The position numbers and the translations under genes were made by a program. The notes under the pieces are model-generated. The model was given only the letters and a program-made list of their open reading frames with translations. It was not told where the DNA came from and did no database searches. Positions 59,992-64,000 of a stretch of DNA of 64,000 nt are shown piece after piece; the stretch's first letter is position 1, and each line of letters opens with the position of its first letter. Location: IMG/VR virus record IMGVR_UViG_3300035510_000237. The stretch is one strand, 5' to 3'. Source of the DNA: a virus.

Positions 59992-62320
59992 TAACACAAT
60001 TGAAGATGAAATTCAGCGCAATAGTTTGGAATATGGTGTTAGTGTTAATACAGATAGAAGTATCCCCGACGCTAAATCTGGTTTAAAACCTGTAGCAAGA
60101 CGAATTATTTATGATGCTTATGAAAAAGGTTTTACTTCTAATAAAAGTCATGTAAAATGCGCGAGCATAGTAGGAGATACAATTGCTCGCTTCCATCCGC
60201 ATGGCGATACCTCCGTATATGACGCTATGGTTCGTCTTTCGCAGGATTGGGTTATGCGTTATCCTTTGATTGACTTCCATGGAAATAATGGTAATATTCT
60301 TGGTGATGGTTCAGCTCATTACCGTTATACAGAAGCAAGATTGGCAAAGATTAGTGAAGATGGCCTTTTAGCTGGATTAAAGAAAAAGAATGTTCCTTTT
60401 ACTCTCACTTTTGATGAAAGAGAAGAAGAGCCTATTACTTTGCCCGCAATCTTTCCTAATCTTTTATGCAATCCAAATGAGGGTATTGGATGGGCAATGG
60501 GCTGTTCTTGGGCGCCGCATAATCTAAATGAAGTAGCGCAGGCCATTTTTGATTATCTTGATGGCAAGGAGCCAATGTTGCCTGGTCCTGATTTCCCAAC
60601 AGGTGGTATTATCATTAATAAGGATGATATTCCTAATATTATGCGAACCGGGCATGGTAGTGTAAAGGTTCGTGGCAAATATCGTATTGATGGAAGAAAT
60701 ATTACTTTCTATGAAATTCCATATGGAACAAGAGTAGAAAGTTTAATGGAAGAAATTGGTAAAGCTTGTGATGAAGGTACTGTCAATGGTGTAATTGATA
60801 TTAGAAATGAAACAGGTAGAAAGAGCGGCCTTCAACTTACTATTGAAATTGATAAAAATGCTAATTTAAAAGCAGTTATTAATCAGTTATTTGCTAAAAC
60901 TAATCTTCAATCTTCTTTCTCTTATAATCAGGTAGCCTTAATTGGTAAAACACCAACTGAGTTGACTCTTAAAGATGCAATTAAGGTTTATATTGACCAT
61001 AATCTGGATTGTATTAAAAGAGAAGCTGAATTTGATTTAAATAAAGCCCAAGCAAGAAAAGAAATTGTTGAAGGACTTCTAAAAGCTTTAGAGGATATTG
61101 ATAATATTATTATTCTTATTAAGAAGTCTGAATCTTCTACAAACGCAAAAGAAAATTTAATTAAAGTATATAATTTTACTGAAAATCAGGCAAAAGCTAT
61201 TGTGGATATGAAGCTTGGTAAACTAGCTGGCTTGGAAAGAATTGAATTATCTAATGAGTTTGCGGAATTGGTTGATACCATTAACCAGCTTAATACCTTG
61301 TTAAATGATGAAAATACCCAGAAGCAAGAACTTATTAACAGATTAACTGAATTTGTTAATAAGTATGGGGATGCGCGCCGCACAGAATTAACGCAGATTG
61401 AGGCTAACACCAAGGAAGAAAAAGAAATTGCAAATGTTGAGCCTGAAAAATGTGTTGTTGTAATGACGGAAAGTGGTTTAATTAAACGCATTCCAAGTTC
61501 CTCCTTTAGAGTTCAAAAGAGAAATGGAAAAGGTGTTAAGACAGTTGATGATATTGTTAATTGTATCATTCGGACAAATACCATTGATAGTCTTATGATT
61601 TTCACAAATAAAGGTAGAATGTATAGAATTTTGGTTGATAATATTCCTACAGGAACAAATGCTTCTAAGGGGCAGCCTATTAAATCTCTGATTGAGATGG
61701 ACGGCGATGAAGAACCAACTATTATGTATTCTATTTACAGAGATACTGATGCGAAATATGTGTTATTTGTAACTAAAAATGGTCTGGTTAAGAAAACAGC
61801 TCTTGAAGAGTATATTAAGACTAAGAAAAAGAGTGGACTCGCAGCTATTAATCTTAAAGAGGGAGATAGCCTTGCTCAGGTAAGTCTTATTAAGGATGAA
61901 GATTTAATTATCTTAACCAAGAATGGTATGGGTATTAAATTTAATTCTACTGAAATTGCGGCTTCCGGCAGAACTACAATGGGCGTTAAGGGTATCTCTT
62001 TGAAGGATGGTGATGAAGTCATTACTGCTCTTCCAGTAAGAGATAAGAATGATACATTAGCTATCTTTGCAAAGAATGGCTTAGGTAAGAAAATTAATTT
62101 AAACGATTTGACTTTGCAGAAGCGCGCAGGCAAGGGTTTAATGGTGTATAAGGATGAAATTGCGGCAGCTACTCTTGTTTCTGATGAAGATAAAATTTTG
62201 GTTATTGGTTTGACAAATAGTATTTGTATTTCTGCAACAGACATTCCTCTCTTGGGAAGAAGTTCTGTTGGTAATCAGATTATTAAAAATACACAGATTG
62301 AAAGGGTCAGTAAGGTATGA
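59981..62320 (+). CDS. type II DNA topoisomerase breakage-reunion subunit (GyrA/ParC-like)
   Basis: GyrA N-terminal core (..ARFHPHGDTSVYDAMVRL..), 780 aa. Confidence 0.75.
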   Translation: MWNNNTIEDEIQRNSLEYGVSVNTDRSIPDAKSGLKPVARRIIYDAYEKGFTSNKSHVKCASIVGDTIARFHPHGDTSVYDAMVRLSQDWVMRYPLIDFHGNNGNILGDGSAHYRYTEARLAKISEDGLLAGLKKKNVPFTLTFDEREEEPITLPAIFPNLLCNPNEGIGWAMGCSWAPHNLNEVAQAIFDYLDGKEPMLPGPDFPTGGIIINKDDIPNIMRTGHGSVKVRGKYRIDGRNITFYEIPYGTRVESLMEEIGKACDEGTVNGVIDIRNETGRKSGLQLTIEIDKNANLKAVINQLFAKTNLQSSFSYNQVALIGKTPTELTLKDAIKVYIDHNLDCIKREAEFDLNKAQARKEIVEGLLKALEDIDNIIILIKKSESSTNAKENLIKVYNFTENQAKAIVDMKLGKLAGLERIELSNEFAELVDTINQLNTLLNDENTQKQELINRLTEFVNKYGDARRTELTQIEANTKEEKEIANVEPEKCVVVMTESGLIKRIPSSSFRVQKRNGKGVKTVDDIVNCIIRTNTIDSLMIFTNKGRMYRILVDNIPTGTNASKGQPIKSLIEMDGDEEPTIMYSIYRDTDAKYVLFVTKNGLVKKTALEEYIKTKKKSGLAAINLKEGDSLAQVSLIKDEDLIILTKNGMGIKFNSTEIAASGRTTMGVKGISLKDGDEVITALPVRDKNDTLAIFAKNGLGKKINLNDLTLQKRAGKGLMVYKDEIAAATLVSDEDKILVIGLTNSICISATDIPLLGRSSVGNQIIKNTQIERVSKV

Positions 62321-64000
62321 TTCAAACACTAAAAGAGTATGAAGCTAGTGTAAATTCTCTTAATATTTATACTTGTTTTTATAATGATGGAAACCCCTTG
62401 GTAAGTGATAAAGAGTGGGATGACCTTTATTTTCAGATTAAAGAATATGAGGAGCGAACTGGGGTTCATAGCCCCTATTCGCCTACTCACGCAATTGTTT
62501 ATCAAAAAGTAGACGAATTGGAGGAAGTAAGTCACAATCATCCAATGTTATCTCTTGATAAAACTAAAGACTGGGATGAATTTCTCAAGTATTTTAGTTC
62601 AAAAGATGCAAGTAAAAATGTCGTAGGAATGGTTAAACTTGATGGTCTGACTTGTAGTTTGCGCTATGTAGATGGCCAACTAGTTTCAGCAGAAACTCGC
62701 GGAAATGGCACAGTGGGTTCTAATATTCTTCATAATGCCTTGGTAATTAATTCAATCCCTAAAAAGATTGAATATAAAGACGAGCTAATCCTTGATGGAG
62801 AAGTCATTTGTAAGCGTAGTGATTTTGAACCTTTTGCTGATGAATATAAAAATCCTAGAAATTTTGCGGCTGGTAGTATTAGACTTCTTGACTCTAGCGA
62901 ATGTGCTCATCGAAATCTAACATTTGTTGTTTGGAATGTTGTTAAGGGCTTTTCTGAATCTAATTCATTTATTGAAAAACTAGAGCTAATTGAAAAGCAA
63001 GGCTTTATTACAGTACCTTGGACTTCTTCTTTTGACTGGGATGCCGCAGATTTTCTTAAAAACCAAGCTGATGAATTGGGCTACCCGATTGATGGCCTTG
63101 TAGGAAGATTTGAGGATATTGCTTTTGGAGAGTCTCTTCCAGCTACTGCGCACCATAATGGGGCTGCATTTGCTTTTAAATTTTATGATGAAGAGTATGA
63201 AACTCAGCTTTTGGATATTGAATATGGGATGGGCCGAACTGGTCAATTAACTCCTGTAGCAGTATTTCAACCTGTAGCTACAGAGGATAGCATTATTGAA
63301 AGAGCTTCTTTACATAATTTAAGTGTTCTAAAGGAAATATTAGGCCAGCCTTATGTTGGACAAAAAATTAAAGTAGCTAAGATGAATATGATTATTCCAC
63401 AAGTCATGTCAGCAGCTGATTGGATTGAAGGTGCGACTGCGATTAATCCTCCTGATATTTGTCCAGTTTGTGGAGGAAAAGCAGAAATTGTAGAATCTGA
63501 TTCCGGTATTAAAAATCTGATTTGCGCCAACCCTCAATGCTCTGGCAAAGCAATTAATGTAATTGACCATTTTGTTGGACTTAAAGGACTTGATATTAAA
63601 GGACTGTCAAAGGCTACAATTGAAAAATTAATTGATTGGGAATGGGTAACTTCTCCAATTGATATTTTTTATCTTGATAGTCATGCAAAAGAATGGGTTA
63701 AGAAGCCTGGCTTTGGGCCTAAGTCTGTTGAAAAAGTTCTTGAGGCCATCAAAAAAGGCTCTGAGGATGTAGACCTATGGAGGATTATTTCTGCGGCCGG
63801 CATTCCTTTAATTGGTTCTACCGTAGCAAAGCAGCTTGCAGAAGAATTTAAAACTTATGAGGCTTTTCGTGAAGCTATTGACAATAAATATGATTTTACT
63901 AAACTGTATGGTTTTGGGTATAATATGGCTGATAGTCTTTTAAATTATAATTATGATGAATTGGATGAAATTGCTAAAATTGTAAATATTAAAGAAGTTG
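62316..64000 (+). CDS. ligA: NAD+-dependent DNA ligase (3'-partial at window end)
   Basis: adenylation motif MVKLDGLTCSLRY (KxDG), Zn finger CPVCGGKAE..CANPQCSGK, HhH region. Confidence 0.75.

Overview
This is an AT-rich (~32% GC) double-stranded DNA phage window, read almost entirely on the + strand. The host is probably a Gram-positive Firmicute, judging from sigmaA-type promoters, strong GGAGG ribosome-binding sites, and an amidase+SH3b endolysin.

Part 1 - what is in the window:
- 1-7.4 kb: an early region of small genes. Each has its own TTGACA-17bp-TGnTATAAT promoter and a conserved 17-nt leader AAAGAAAGGAATTGATA.
- 8.5-10.4 kb: a 1.9-kb non-coding putative origin with two iteron sets flanking a minus-strand Rep-like gene.
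- 10.4-20 kb: a block of small unknown genes in paralogous pairs, driven by a second promoter cassette (TTGATTTT-ATTAAAAAATAT-TATAATATATATAGAAA) that recurs 28 times in the window.
- 21-28 kb: an RNA island with 14 intact tRNA genes and 2 interrupted ones, plus tRNA-like fragments; one intact gene is an amber-suppressor tRNA(CUA). It also holds a ~105-nt stem-closed small RNA, a ~420-nt ncRNA, a ~615-nt ornate RNA closed by a 23-bp terminal helix, and homing-endonuclease genes.
- 29-34 kb: a vault-like module. A TROVE/vWA (Ro60/TEP1-like) protein sits next to an 804-aa homolog of eukaryotic major vault protein and a Pol-beta-type nucleotidyltransferase.
- 35-63 kb: metabolic, replication and lysis genes.
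  - NAD+ salvage cluster: PncA, PRPP synthetase, NAMPT, macro domain, NadE.
  - RNA-repair set: RNA ligase, polynucleotide kinase, three metallophosphoesterases.
  - Lysis cassette: endolysin plus holin.
  - Others: RNase H, PIN-PhoH, flotillin-like protein, topoisomerase II subunits, NAD-dependent DNA ligase.

Part 2 - main points from the hunt:
- At least 15 genes carry in-frame TAG codons (Rep, all HEGs, PIN-PhoH, endolysin, holin with 6) and no gene in the window terminates with TAG. I read this as phage-driven TAG->Gln recoding via the encoded tRNA(CUA).
- Two tRNA genes, Ser(GCU) and a Thr(UGU) copy, are interrupted exactly 3' of the anticodon by ORF-bearing insertions.
- The vault-like module, the ornate RNA and the stem-closed small RNA are the strongest candidates for something previously undescribed.

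Coordinates of tRNAs, promoters and terminators were placed by hand and may be off by 1-2 nt.
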